A stretch of DNA of 62,949 bases, the filler included, from Neolecta irregularis DAH-3 (Eukaryota): assembly GCA_001929475.1 (NCBI GenBank). It is 16 parts of 16 records of this genome, joined end to end, with 100 filler letters (N's around TTAATTAATTAA, not from the genome) between each part and the next. Parts side by side here need not be neighbours in the genome. Positions count along the whole stretch, not along the records: positions 26,321 to 40,231 come from LXFE01001707.1; positions 40,332 to 41,729 come from LXFE01001709.1; positions 41,830 to 50,727 come from LXFE01001717.1; positions 50,828 to 52,160 come from LXFE01001721.1; 12 more parts are not named here. One strand, given 5' to 3'. Within the stretch, counting starts at the first letter, position 1. Each line of letters opens with the position of its first letter. The position numbers and the translations under genes were made by a program. Under the pieces are notes generated by a model, which ran no database searches, was not told the origin of the DNA, and saw only the letters and a program-made list of their open reading frames with translations. Of this stretch, positions 39,851 through 52,160 are shown piece by piece.

Positions 39851-40231
39851 ATGGCCACCGACCGCGCGGCCTCGCACAGCGGCACCTGGTACGCGAGCAA
39901 CGCCGGTCTCCTGCAGCAGAGTCTGGGCGCATGGCTGGCTGCTGCTGGACTGAGTAGTCTGGGCAGCCAGTGTAGTCTGGGCGGTGCAGACAGTACTCTG
40001 GGAGGCACTGGACTGGCCAGCACTGGACCAGACACTACCACTGGACTGACTGACACCCCGACCAGACTGACTGACGAATTGCCTACCACCAGACAAGGTC
40101 GAGTCATCATTGCCCCCCACGCGGGCTTCGCATACAGCGGCCCGACTGCGGCACACGCTTACGCGCGCCTGCACTGGTCGTCCCACACCCGCCGTGTCTT
40201 CATCCTCGGCCCCGCGCATCACCTGCGGCTC
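39851..40231 (+). CDS. MHO1: MEMO1-family protein, N-terminus (truncated)
   Basis: [41 protein letters not shown]. Confidence 0.9.
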
Positions 40232-40331
40232 NNNNNNNNNNNNNNNNNNNNNNNNNNNNNNNNNNNNNNNNNNNNTTAATTAATTAANNNNNNNNNNNNN
40301 NNNNNNNNNNNNNNNNNNNNNNNNNNNNNNN

Positions 40332-41058
40332 CTTCCGATCTGGGAGCTGCTTACGGCGGCCGAGGAGGGCTGGAGGCTGCGACTCAGCTGCTCAAACAGG
40401 GTCTGGGAGGCGTCGTATTCAAAGGAGAGGGCGGGTTCTGCAATGGCGATAGTAGTTGGCTCGCCGCCTGTTTTCTCGCGTTTGAGATCGCGCTCGAGGG
40501 CGTCTAGGAAGAGGCGGTCGTGGGGGACGCTGAACCAATAAAAGACTTTTTGTTTCTTTTGAGTGCGGATGCAGTTGTTTTTGTACATAAAGTCGAGAAA
40601 GTCTGACTTTGGGTCTTCGAGGGTTGCGTCTGTGCCTGGTTTGAGGTTGCGCAGATCTGAGAAGACGCCTTCCTCAAACTTTTTTGCGTTGTGGACGGGT
40701 CTGCCAAAGGCCTGGAAGCGGAAGACGAGGGAGCGGACGATGTCTGTGCCGGACATGTGGAACAGGTTGTTCCTAGGGTTGGCGGGGCGTGGTGGGCGCG
40801 GGGGGCAAACCAGAGGACGCAGCTGATGCACTCGCCTGTGGGCAACATGTAGCGGCGGATGTTTGTGCCGTCTGGCCAGTTTGCAGGGGCTGTTGCGAGA
40901 AAGTACTTTACTGGATCTTAGCTGCGGCGGCAATGGGTTGCCCTACGGTCATCGACCTGGTCGAGGGCGAGTTTTGCGGCGGGCGGCAGGGCGTCCTGCT
41001 GGGCCTCTGAGAGCTGGAAGGTCTCGGCCTTTGCGGGCGGGTAGAGGAGCGGGATCAT
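40332..41058 (-). CDS. STE12: Ste12/SteA transcription factor, STE domain (start uncertain, 3' truncated)
   Basis: LKYFLATAP, CISCVLW|NNLFHMSGTDIVR, KKFEEGVFSDLRNLK, CIRTQKKQKVFYWFSVPHDRLFLDALERDLKRE. Confidence 0.95.
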
Positions 41059-41289
41059 GTGCGATTAGACTAACGGGGGGGAGGAAAGGGTCCGAGAAAG
41101 AGAGCGAGAAGAGGGAAGCCGGCTTCCAGTTATGCTGAAGGGTGTAGCTTTTTTTGCCCAGCGACGCGCGGCTACCGAGCGGATTATATCAGAAAAAGGG
41201 GCAGCAGGCGGCATCTGTGCTGGATCAGCGCTAGCAGTGGTGAAACCTCGGCGGTGGGGAGGTTGCGGCGCGGTTTTTTCTTCCTCCTC

Positions 41290-41648
41290 ATGAGCAATCC
41301 CACCGTTCCTGCGGGTGATACAGTGCCTGCGACAGGCACGGGTACAGCTCTGGGTATATCTACGGGTATATCTACGGGTATATCTACGGGCCCGTGTATG
41401 GATTGGGGTGCTGGTACATGGGGTCCTCGAGCAACAGCTACACCTACAGCAACACCTACAGCAATATCTACAGCAACAACTACAGGCACAGCTACAGCTA
41501 CAGGCACAGGCACAGGCACAGGTACTAAAGGTACTGCCGCCGCCTCGCCGCGCCCGCCGCACGCCGCCAGCCAGGGCACGTTCAGCGTCAAGGCCGGCCT
41601 CGCGCAGATGCTCAAGGGCGGCGTCATCATGGACGTGGTCGACGCCGC

Positions 41649-41687
<39 letters not shown>

Positions 41688-41729
41688 CATGGCGCTCGAG
41701 CGGGTGCCGGCCGACATCCGCGCGGCGGG
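41290..41729 (+). CDS. SNZ1: Pyridoxal-5'-phosphate synthase subunit Snz1/Pdx1, N-terminus with low-complexity extension
   Basis: [20 protein letters not shown]...[20 protein letters not shown]. Confidence 0.93.
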
Positions 41730-41829
41730 NNNNNNNNNNNNNNNNNNNNNNNNNNNNNNNNNNNNNNNNNNNNTTAATTAATTAANNNNNNNNNNNNNNN
41801 NNNNNNNNNNNNNNNNNNNNNNNNNNNNN

Positions 41830-42195
41830 TACACTCAGCCCCACAAACTTCGCCGCGCTCTACATCGTCACCGCAGCCATTCTCGCCGTCTACACTGCGT
41901 TCCAGGTCTATCTCATCCTCAAGCCCCTGCCTGATCGATGGCCCCTCTTCAACATTGTATTTCGCGTCTTCTTCGCCGTCGGCCAGGTCTTGTTGCATTC
42001 CCTGTCGCCTACCATAATATATAACAGTATCAACCCTACCTCGACGGTATGTTTTTAGTCACAGTCTTAAACCTGCTCACCGCCATGATGGTCTACAAGG
42101 TGCCCGCCCTCCGTGCCAATACTCACTCCTAGTTTTGGGACTCTCTAATAAAAGAGGATCTCGAATTCAGCCTCAGCATGAAGGCCAATGTAAAG
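41830..42195 (+). pseudogene. CHS7: Chitin-synthase export chaperone Chs7-like 3' fragment, frameshifted
   Basis: DRWPL..VGQV, then a frame change near 42020 to YLDGMF..NLLTAMMVYK|FWDSLIKEDLEFS. Confidence 0.7.
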
Positions 42196-44061
42196 CTTCT
42201 AGCTCGAAACGAAGGAATTCAGTCTTTAGAACACCTACTGCCAGATTCACAAGATAAATTAACACAACAAAGCCACAATGAGGTTCAACTCCAACTGTAA
42301 GAGAAATATTAGAATAAGCTAGAAGTATATCATTCTCTTGAACCTGAATATTCTTTTTATTGACGATCCAACAAGTTCTGGACTCGTGAACCAATCTTCC
42401 TTGGCCGGAGTACGAATTGCGAAACCACTCCGAGGTGGAGGGAGTAATGCGAACGAACTGGCAAATGGGTATTTCATCAATGTATTTCAGAAAGCGTTTT
42501 GCTGACGAACTGTGGATAGAGGTGATGTCAGTACCGCTGCACCCAATGACAGACCCTGAGATCCTGATGTTGATCTTTGTAGCACTGTGCACACTGCTGG
42601 AGAGAAAGGCGAGCAGAAATAAGACCAGTCGGAAGGAGACTGGGACAGGGGGTCACACTGGGAGATAAGAAGCGCAGGTTAGGGATGGTGAGAGGGTGGG
42701 GGATGAAGGGTTAGGTAGAAGCGAGCATTTCCTTCTTTGAAGCTGAATAAAAAGCTAGCCAGTGGTATAACTATTACGACTTTTCTGCAAATTCAAGATC
42801 TTTTACTAGCTTTCACTGTAATTCCCTTAGATCTGGATTTCTGGGACTTTCACTGAAATTCCCTTAGATCCGGATTTTCACAGTAAGTTCTGGAGCTTGA
42901 AGGGATAGCGATGGAGAGAGGTGATAAGCAGGGGTTGGTAGTTCAGTGGGCGTCAGTGGCGAGTGGGGACAGGTCAAGGCAGTGCAGGTGCTGGCAGAGG
43001 GAGAGCAGCTTGAGCAGGTGGCTCTCTGCGGGGGCGGCAGGCACAGCAGCAGACTGTGCAGGTGGTGCAATAGCAGTGCATGCTGCGACAACAGACGGTT
43101 GACAAGGGTTGTGACGCGCGGTGCACTGGTGTGGGGCAGCAGTACAGGGAGGTGATGGGCACGGGAGTGAGAGGAATCTATTGGGTGAGGCATGCAATGG
43201 AGGGTTAAAGCTTTCTATTAAGCTGACTAGCCATTTATACTCAGTTATCAGGTAGTCTTTTTTTTTATCTTTTTCTGAGCCAATCGAAGGATCCAGAACC
43301 GCCAGCAATGCCCAGAATAACAGGAAACCAAGAGACAGATTCTCTTCCTGCAAAGCCAGCCGCCGAGTTTGTCGAGGAGCTGGATAACGGGGAGAGGGGT
43401 GTGGCACTGGGAGAGACGGGGGCGTACGGGATGAGGGTTTATTACAGCGTGCAGACCGGAGTGGAACATAATTGTTTTCGTCAATGGAATACCGTGTTAA
43501 ATTGGAGACGATGATAGCTTCTGGGGGGTAGCTAATTCCTTCTCTTTTGAGGGGGTGGGGAATGGGGAGGGGCAGAGGGGAGCAGCGCGCTGGATGGTCT
43601 GTGGATAGCGTAGGGCGAGCCGTCGACGATGGCCTCGACGAGGATGTTTGTGTCGGTAGGAGTGATGTCTGTATGAGTAGCGGTGATGCCTGTGTCTGTG
43701 TCGGTAGGCCTGGAGATGGGAAGCAGGTCGAGGACGTAGAGCAGCAGCTGGATACATCTCATTTCATTGAGTCATCCCTCAATTTCTACGGCCAAAAAGG
43801 CGGACCATCCTGTAGGTCCAGTCTGAAGAAGGCTGTAGAAAATGAAATAATGGAAAGGTGCATCGTGAATTCAGGAATTTTAAAACTGTGGTCCGCGCAA
43901 TGCAGGCACAGACCCTAACTTTAAATCATCCTCAGAACGTCAAGACTAGAGGAATCTGAACTCAAACTAGCTGAGGAGAACGAGCGTGACGAGACGAGCA
44001 GAACGGTACCAAAATCGCTAGAATTGGAGCAACATTGACGAAATTCAGCCTCAACCTCAAA

Positions 44062-44164
44062 TAAGCTCAACGGTGAGTTAAGCGACACCCCCCTTTACGC
44101 GACACCTCGCCAAAAAAAAACGCAAATTTCCAAAACCAAATTTCTCCCACACCACCAATTAAAA
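44062..44164 (+). mobile_element. Probable DNA-transposon end (pogo/Fot1-like TIR), copy A
   Basis: ~100 bp matching the reverse complement of 59296-59397; begins at TA; doubled internal GCGACACC motif; runs into a gap. Confidence 0.55.
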
Positions 44165-44413
44165 NNNNNNNNNNGCATTTTCAAACCACATGCCCGCATT
44201 CAGACACATTCGGGTTAAAGAACAGTCAGCCATTTGCTCTTTCCGTCGTCAGCCTCAACCTCAAATAGCATTTTCAAACCACATGCCCGCATTCAGACGA
44301 ATTCGGGTTAAAGAACAGTCAGCCATTTGCTCTTTCCGTCGTGAAGAGCTTTTTTGAAAAATTATTTAACCCTGAGGTATCCGCGCTGAATCGTTTTCAA
44401 CTTATCACAAACT

Positions 44414-45763
44414 ATGTTGTCGATTTTGTTTTTCTTCGCTTTGTGCGGAAAGTTTTCCTTTGCAACCTCGTATCTTGAACAATTTACAAGGGGCGAAGAG
44501 GTTGTCGGCCAGCAAGTCACTTGCCGTAGCTTGGAGGATACCCTTGGTATTTACATTATCTTTAAAACGTGGAATGAGAAGGAATCCTTGGAACCGCTAA
44601 TGGTAGAAGAAGCCTGTGCTGAAAAATGCTTCACTGCCCCATATTACTGCCACTCCTTCCTCTTGGTTAATAACGATGATATGGACACTAAATGCTTTAT
44701 GTTTGCTCTTGGATCATCTAATACCCACTTTGCTAAAATAGAATCTACCGACGATGTCGATCACCGTTGTGTCTTACGGTCGCTATATGAGTATGAAAGT
44801 GGGATTTATAAAGTCATCTGATGTCCTAGTATCAAGGATCCATCAGATTTTGTAGTCCCTGTTCGCGAAATATCTCTTGATCTCGTCCATCTTTCTGAAA
44901 CTCAATGGGGAGAGAAAGTCTGTTCCCTCTTTCCTGATGAATTACATTGCAATGATTATGTAAGACATTTTATATCGAGTTGCAGAAGAGCTGCATTAAT
45001 CAAAATGGCCCCTTTAATCTCGACTCCTGAGCAACAGCCAGATGACCGATCAGGTTATCTCGATCGAAAATCGCTCATTTACGCACTCAAGTCATGGAGT
45101 TTTCCAAATCCTCGATATTGGGCTTACTATGATCGGCTCATATTGATGTTTCTCAATATTTCCAGCAGAAGCAGAGGTCGGAAAATCATTGATTTGACGG
45201 AGTCATATTACTTTGAGAGAACCCTAGCCCGACAGGATAATCCGGAATCTAGTGTATTTGTCATGTCGTTTGGGGCAGGTCACTATATTACAATATCTAA
45301 GGGATACACCCCTTACGATGAGATCACATACATATCTGCAGATGGTATCTTTGACCAAGCGGCCAGTAGAGCAAGTGATGCTATTTCAGAATACCTAAGA
45401 TGCGCAGGCCGTCAAGAGGAGGGAATCAAGATGAGCGAATCAGGAATTGAGGTAAATGTCAATGCCTTACCCCAAGATGGTTTATCTGAGCCTGAGCTTC
45501 AGCAGAAAGCAGCGATAGCAGCGGTCAGCTACATTTTTGAAATGCAGGCCTTGAACAGCAATATGAATCCCACCATCCTTCCGCCAATATTTATTCGTGA
45601 TATGATTACATTCGTATTTTCATGGGGATACAAAGTTCGTCAGAGCGATTTCAACTTTAAAGACGAAGATGCTATTGATAAACGTCTAAATGGAATGTTA
45701 CGAAGCAGAAGGCAGGCCTCCTCGAAAGACCCTTCTATAGTGGATATCTTTACTCACCACTAG
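44414..45763 (+). CDS. Secreted PAN/Apple-like domain family protein, member 2 (complete, most divergent)
   Basis: Signal peptide MLSILFFFALCGKFSFA; CAEKCFTAPYYCHSF..CFMF; phase-2 intron 44791-44829 joins in frame to ORF 45005-45763; IFIRDMITFVFS. Confidence 0.85.
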
Positions 45764-46127
45764 CGCCAGCCGTAAATGATGTAGTTCACCAGATAATTTT
45801 GTAATTCAATGTATTTTCAGTTTAATGAGTATTGACTTTCTCGCACCCTCCGTACAAATGACGTCTTCTATGTTTCTTCCTGTCTGTATGACGCAATTTG
45901 AGTCATTAATATACTGCGAATCAATTTTCGAATATTTTGCTGTAGTCGTGATAATTCGGAATTACGCGTGCGTGACCTTAAAACCTAGCCTAGCACGTCA
46001 TGCTACCACACAAAGGAGATTGCTTTGTATAAGCCCATTGGTCATTTATAGAAACAGCCTCTTTTCCAGATAGAACAGATGCCTAAAAAAATCCCAAAGT
46101 ACAAACCCTTCGCCCACCGAGTCACAG

Positions 46128-48229
46128 CTACTTGCCCCAAATCCCATAAATTTTCTCGCTAAGTGCATTTCCAATGCTTTTCCGTCCATATCCTTGAATA
46201 GACTTTGCAATCAACATCTTCTTATCCATTTCGTCTCGGCAACTGTTGTAGGAATCTAACAAATGTCTTGGTGTAGGAAACACTTTTTGAATTTCAATTG
46301 CCTTTTCGGCAGAGACACCACGAATCGTCAACAACATCTTTAGAAATATATCGGCAAGCGTGAGAGCCCCGTTTTTAGAGGTTATTTGCGCGAAATCGGA
46401 CAAGGGGATCGTGTACCTCTTATTCGGATCATCGCGACGGAGATCAGAGCGTAGAGTATGGTAGTTGCGTGAGGAAACCTGACAACTAGGGATGATATGT
46501 AAAGACTCGGTCTACAGGTAAGATAAAGAATGGCTGGAATGAATACACTGTATAATTGCTTTAACTGCTTTGAGAGACGACATAGATAAGTTACTGTTCC
46601 TTCGATGTTTGGAACTCTTTTGACAAAGAATCCGTTCTGGACTTGAGAGGATGATATCGCTGTTTCAATTGCTTCGCGATAAGACGACAATTTATCCATA
46701 TTCGTTTCTTCGATAACGTAAATAATTTGTTTGATGCCAGACTTGGTCAGTCGGAACTTGACTTAGGCGTCATTTCATATTGACGAGTATACCTTTTGTT
46801 CATGGAATCGCCCATCCTTGATACTTGAAACCAAATCATCCATTCGTTTTCGTTCGACGATATAATCTAATATGTACTCTTGTCCATCAAGACTATCTTT
46901 AGCAATCCATAATATATCACCAATGTCGAGGGACCGAACGAAAACATCAATTCCGCTTTGTTCTAATCCTTCGACAAAAAGCTTTCTCTCTCTCTCAGAA
47001 CGGACTTCTCGGACATCTACCACGATCTGGACGGTATACCTCCCAGCGGGGATGTAGGAAGATGGAAGTTTGGAGGCATCATTTGGTAAAGATTGACAAG
47101 TTGAAGATAGTGATTGCGGTGCCGATTGCTCAGAGAGGTTGGGTGATAGTGGTATTGGTTCCCTTGGAGCTGCGTCTGGCCGAACTGGAGCAGCTTCTAA
47201 TCCCAGATTCAGAGAAGTCGGTCGATTTCGAGATGAAGCAGGTTCTATAGTCGTCTTTGTAGCAGTTGATATATTTCTTGATAGATCATCGTCCGACCCA
47301 ACATAATCTTTTGGTCCAAGTGAACTCTTGCCTTGTAAACTGACACATACATCTTTGACTATCAGTTCTTCGGTATTAATACGTGTTTCAGATGTCTTTT
47401 TAAACATGGATCGATCGGCGGTAGGTAAACTTTCGTTCGTAGAACTACCAGTCACGGGCCCACTCGTATATTCCAAGTTATTTATTGTGGCTTCTGCTTC
47501 TTCAATCTTGCGACAAGTCTCTATTCCCTCTTCAGTAAGGCAATATCGCGCTGGATTTCCATTCTTGTAAACTAGATTCTTCTGCTCGAGGATTTTCATT
47601 CCATGCCAGGCGGTGTAATATCTGCTTTTTTCTGTGGGAATATCAAAACTGGAATCACTGAATGGAGCTGCCAAACGAATCAATTCGGCCTTGTTAATTG
47701 ATTGGTCGTCCGCAAGGCTTCCTAGCGCCCGGAGAAGAGCGTATGGGCCGGACCGCTTGGCAGGAACATATGTCTTCGTCTTTGTAACTCGAGCTTTTCG
47801 TTTCGATACTTCCTGTGATTGAGACTGTAGCTGTGAACTTTGTAGTTGATCATCATCTTCTTCTTTTCAAAGTGAGCGCCGAGCAACTGAAATGTGAAAT
47901 ACCGGGTACAATGGTTTGAGATGGGTGTGGAGGCATAACGAGACCGTTTGCTTTACAGTGTGCTTCTAATCGTGTTTCAAGGCGTTTGCATATATTCGGG
48001 CCGATTCCTTTCAGACATGCTGCTTCGGAAGGATGATTAAACGGAAGAGGACAACTAGAGAGTTTATAATGTATTACGCTGATTCATACATCTTCATGCT
48101 GTCATATGCCTTCTTGAGAACATAGTAACCCTTGCTTGAATTTGTGCCCCTTGTAGCTTCCTTTTCCATCATTTCTTTCAGAAATTCAAGAAGTAATGGG
48201 TTTCCACAACCCGGTTTTGTTGTTTGCAT
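46128..48229 (-). CDS. MUS81: Crossover junction endonuclease Mus81, 4 introns
   Basis: CGNPLLLEFL, HhH GIGPNIC, winged-helix YVPAKRSGPYALL, VDVRE, ERKRMDDLVSSIKDGRFHEQK. Confidence 0.96.
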
Positions 48230-48466
48230 TGGTAAATATCAACGACAATAAATCGTATCGCGATCACGGAGTAATCAACCTCTGAGTGTCCAACAACAAG
48301 ATACATGATTAGTAATTATCCATCCTCTAGTTTAATTTATCAGGGATTGACTGTGATTAATTTCTTGAATGACGTGTACTATGTCGAAATCCGCTTATCG
48401 CAGAGGCTGACTGGTCAGTTTCCCCGGTTCGTACTCCTACTTTCGAAATTGATACCTTCATTTCCC

Positions 48467-50727
48467 ATGTCAAGTGACGCCCGCTTCTTCGCAAGGGTAA
48501 CCTTGTGTCTTTAATTTTGTTTGATGTCTAGGGTAAAGTCCAGGAACTCCGCAATGAACTCCAAATGGAGAAAAAGGAGAAGAATCTTAATAAAAAGCGG
48601 ACGGTGTTGAAAAAGGTATACAATCATTTGAATTATTTGATTGATGGGATATATTGTCGCGAATATGACCATGTCAAATGACATGTCTCCATTGTTTCCA
48701 GAGATCATCCAGTGTATGGCTCTACCAGATTTGGGAATCAAGAAAATGTGTTTTTTATACCTGACGAATTATGCTCGGTATAAATCCAAAATTCAAACTA
48801 CAAATAACGTGCTAGTTTGAAACCAGACATTGCCATGAAAGCTCTTCCAATATTACTTCGTGTACGTTTTTGTATCAATGGCGAGTTTGATTGAAGGACT
48901 TTGATGACATCAACCCATTAATTCGAGCCCTCGCGTTACGGACGGCATCATATATGAACGTCCCAGACGTTATTCGATCTCTGTTTGATCCAGTGTCTGA
49001 TTTGATGGGAGACCCGGACCCTTATGTTCGAAAGACAGCAGCAATGTCTGTAGCTAAGATGCACCATTATGATCCCCAGGGCGTAGTGAACAAAGGACTG
49101 GTAAATGGACTCAAAGATCTCCTTGGAGATGCTAATTCAACTGTGCCCTTGCTATTTTTGATATACTTTCTTATTATGCTAGGTTGTTGCGAATGCGTTG
49201 GCAAGTCTAATGGATATTCTTTCACGAACCGAAGGAATGAAATTGAATCTTGATTATACGATTTCGACTAAACTTGTTTCCGCGTTAAATGAATGTTCCG
49301 AATGGAATCAAACGTATATTCTCGAAGCATTGATGCATTTCACGCCCAAAAATTCGCGTGATGCGGAAACGTTGGCCGAGAGAATTGCGCCGAGACTTCA
49401 ACATGCTAATTCAGGGGTTGTCTTGACTTGTACTAAAGTCATTATTGCTCTTACAAACTATATTTCCAACGAAAAGGAGGTTACTCTGCTTTTTAAAAAG
49501 TTGATACCGCCGCTAGGTATTTCTTTGCTTTACACATTACTTACGAACAGTCACGTTATTGGCTAGACCTCCAGAAGTGCAGTTTGTTGCATTACGTAAT
49601 GCTCATTTAATTTTGCTTAAACGGCCGGATGTTTGGAGAAACGATATCCAACTATTCTTTTGCAAATACAATGACCCGATATATGTCAAACTAGCCAAAT
49701 TGGAGATCATCGTACGTTTGGCGAACCGAGACAACATTTCCCAAGTTTTAAATGAGCTGAAAGAGTAAGATTTGAAAAAAGTGCCGATTAACAAGCAAGG
49801 TATGCTACGGAGGTGGACGTTGATTTTGTGCGTAAAGCGGTACGATCGATAGGACGGCTAGCGGTAAAAATCGAAACTGCGGCACGGGATTGTATTTCTG
49901 TTCTTTTGGAGCTAGTTTCGACAAAAGTCAGTTACGTAGTGCAGGAAGCGACTGTGGTGATTCGAGACATTTTTCGCAAGTATCCGAATCAATACGAATC
50001 TATTATCGCGACGTTGTGTGAGAACTTGGATAGTTTGGACGAGCCTGAAGCCAAGGCTGCGATGATTTGGGTGATTGGGCAATACGCTGATCGAATTGAA
50101 AACTCTGATTTGCTGCTGGATGATTTTTTGTTTTCGTTCAAGGAGGAGACTATTGAAGTGCAGCTGGCGCTATTAACGGCGACTGTGAAGCTCTTTATTC
50201 AGAGGCCGACCAAGGGCCAGGATCTTGTGCCCAAGGTGCTGAAATGGGCGACCGAAGAGTCTGACAACCCCGATCTTCGCGACCGGGGGTATATGTATTG
50301 GAGGCTGCTTTCTATGGACACGGGGGCGGCGAAGCAAATCGTGATGTCTGAGAAGCCCCAGATCACGCTGGAGAGGGACGAGATGGACGAGGAGACGCTG
50401 GAGAAGATGTGTCTGCAGATCGGCTGCCTGGGGAGCGTGTATCACAAGCTGCCGGAGCAGTTTATCAGAAACGGCAAGTCGAGGACGCTTCCGGACTCGC
50501 CTGCGCTTGTGAGGCACGGCCGGAGTGGACTGGCGCTGTCGGTCAACACGCTCAGTGTCCAGGAGCCTAGTAAGTATGTTTGTGTGCCGTTGCGTGACGG
50601 GGAGGCTGACGGAAACAGCATGGCGCCGTCGCCGTCGCCGGGGGGCTACACGGGATGCGATCCGAGCGCGCTTGGGTACCGGCAGGAGAACCACATGCTT
50701 GGCGTGGGCGAGCCGATCGAGCGGCGG
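48467..50727 (+). CDS. APL1: AP-2 adaptor complex beta subunit, 7 introns, 3' end at linker
   Basis: [63 protein letters not shown]. Confidence 0.9.
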
Positions 50728-50827
50728 NNNNNNNNNNNNNNNNNNNNNNNNNNNNNNNNNNNNNNNNNNNNTTAATTAATTAANNNNNNNNNNNNNNNNN
50801 NNNNNNNNNNNNNNNNNNNNNNNNNNN

Positions 50828-52160
50828 TCAAACGAATATATACGGAGAAAAGCGTTGCCTCTGATATTACTGGGAGACAGATGCAATCAGGGCCCAATAT
50901 GCCAAACTACTCTGGAATCAGCCTTGTTTGTCGGATTCTGAGTTTCAACAAGCCAGAAAAGCTTCTATTTGGAATAGGCTTCGTCGCGGCTGCTATCTGT
51001 GGATCTTTCATCGTTGCACAAGCCTTTCTCTTTTCCAATTTTATCAGTGCTCTTTCCTACGGAAAATCCGAACAAAATCGTCTCCATGATCGAGCCAATT
51101 TCCTTGCGTTGATCTGGTTCATGATAGCGATTACCGCTTTTTTCTGTTACCTCATCGTTGGTTCCGTTTTCGAGTATTGCGCCGAAACCTTGATTCTCCG
51201 TGTTCGAGATCAGAGTTTTAGGAAACTCATTTATTCAGATATTGAGTTCTTCGACCGCCCTGAGAATGCAAGTGGTATTCTGACGAGCGTTCTTGCCACA
51301 GACGCAGCCGATTTGAAAGGGCTAAGCGGAAGTATTCTTCGTATGCTATTCCATAAAGGTCTTCCTAAACTCACCTACAGATGTTCTAATTACCCTTTCT
51401 ATTCAAATCGCTGCCGGTCTCACCTTGTCAGTGATTATTGCGTGGAAACTCGCTCTCGTAGTCATGTGTACAGTCCCCGTTCTCGTATCTGCCGGTTATT
51501 TTCGGTTCACTATACTTCGAAAGTTTCAGCTCTCAATTCAAAAAGTCTATGGGGACTCTGCGCAATTTGCGTGTGAAGCAACGGCCAACATTCGGACTGT
51601 CCAAAGTCTTACTCGGGAAACCCGGTTATTGGAGAAATATTCAGAAAGTCTTTCCGGCCCATCAAAGGCTGCAGTTGCTTCCAGCGTGCAGAGCTCCATG
51701 TTCTACGCTTGTTCCCAAAGTCTGACGTTTTTATGCAATGCTCTTGCCTTTTGGTGGGGTGCAACTTTGATCAAGCGAGGTCAAGTAGGACTCAACGATG
51801 TATTCCTGGTTTCCTGGTTAATGCGATTGGCTAATGTGCTAGTTCTTTATTTCTCTAGTCGCCATTGTGTTTGGAGGGCAAGGCGCCGGTCAAATATTCA
51901 GTTTCTCGCCAGATATTACCAAAGCAAATACAGCAGCCTCTAATATCTTCCGATTGCTAGATAGTCAATCGGTCATTGGTGCAAATGGGGGTGGCAAGAG
52001 ATCTTTTATGAACAACGGAACTATTACCTTCAACAACGTTTACTTTCGGTACCCCACCAGACCTCATGTTCCAGTTCTTCGGGGCCTGAACCTTGAAGTT
52101 AAGCCAGGACAATTTGTTGCTTTGGTCGGCCAATCCGGTTGCGGAAAATCCACTGTAATT
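50828..52160 (+). CDS. ABCB/MDR-type transporter, TMD2 and start of NBD2 (internal fragment)
   Basis: [33 protein letters not shown], Walker [10 protein letters not shown]. Confidence 0.93.

Noticed and set aside
38293-40110. 605-aa ORF overlapping MEMO1
   Set aside because: The first ~96 aa are the antisense of MEMO1; Mic60 more plausibly starts at 39822 with a typical presequence
40332-52160. STE12, CHS7 and ABCB as a mating or morphogenesis cluster
   Set aside because: They lie on different contigs separated by artificial linkers, so linkage is unsupported
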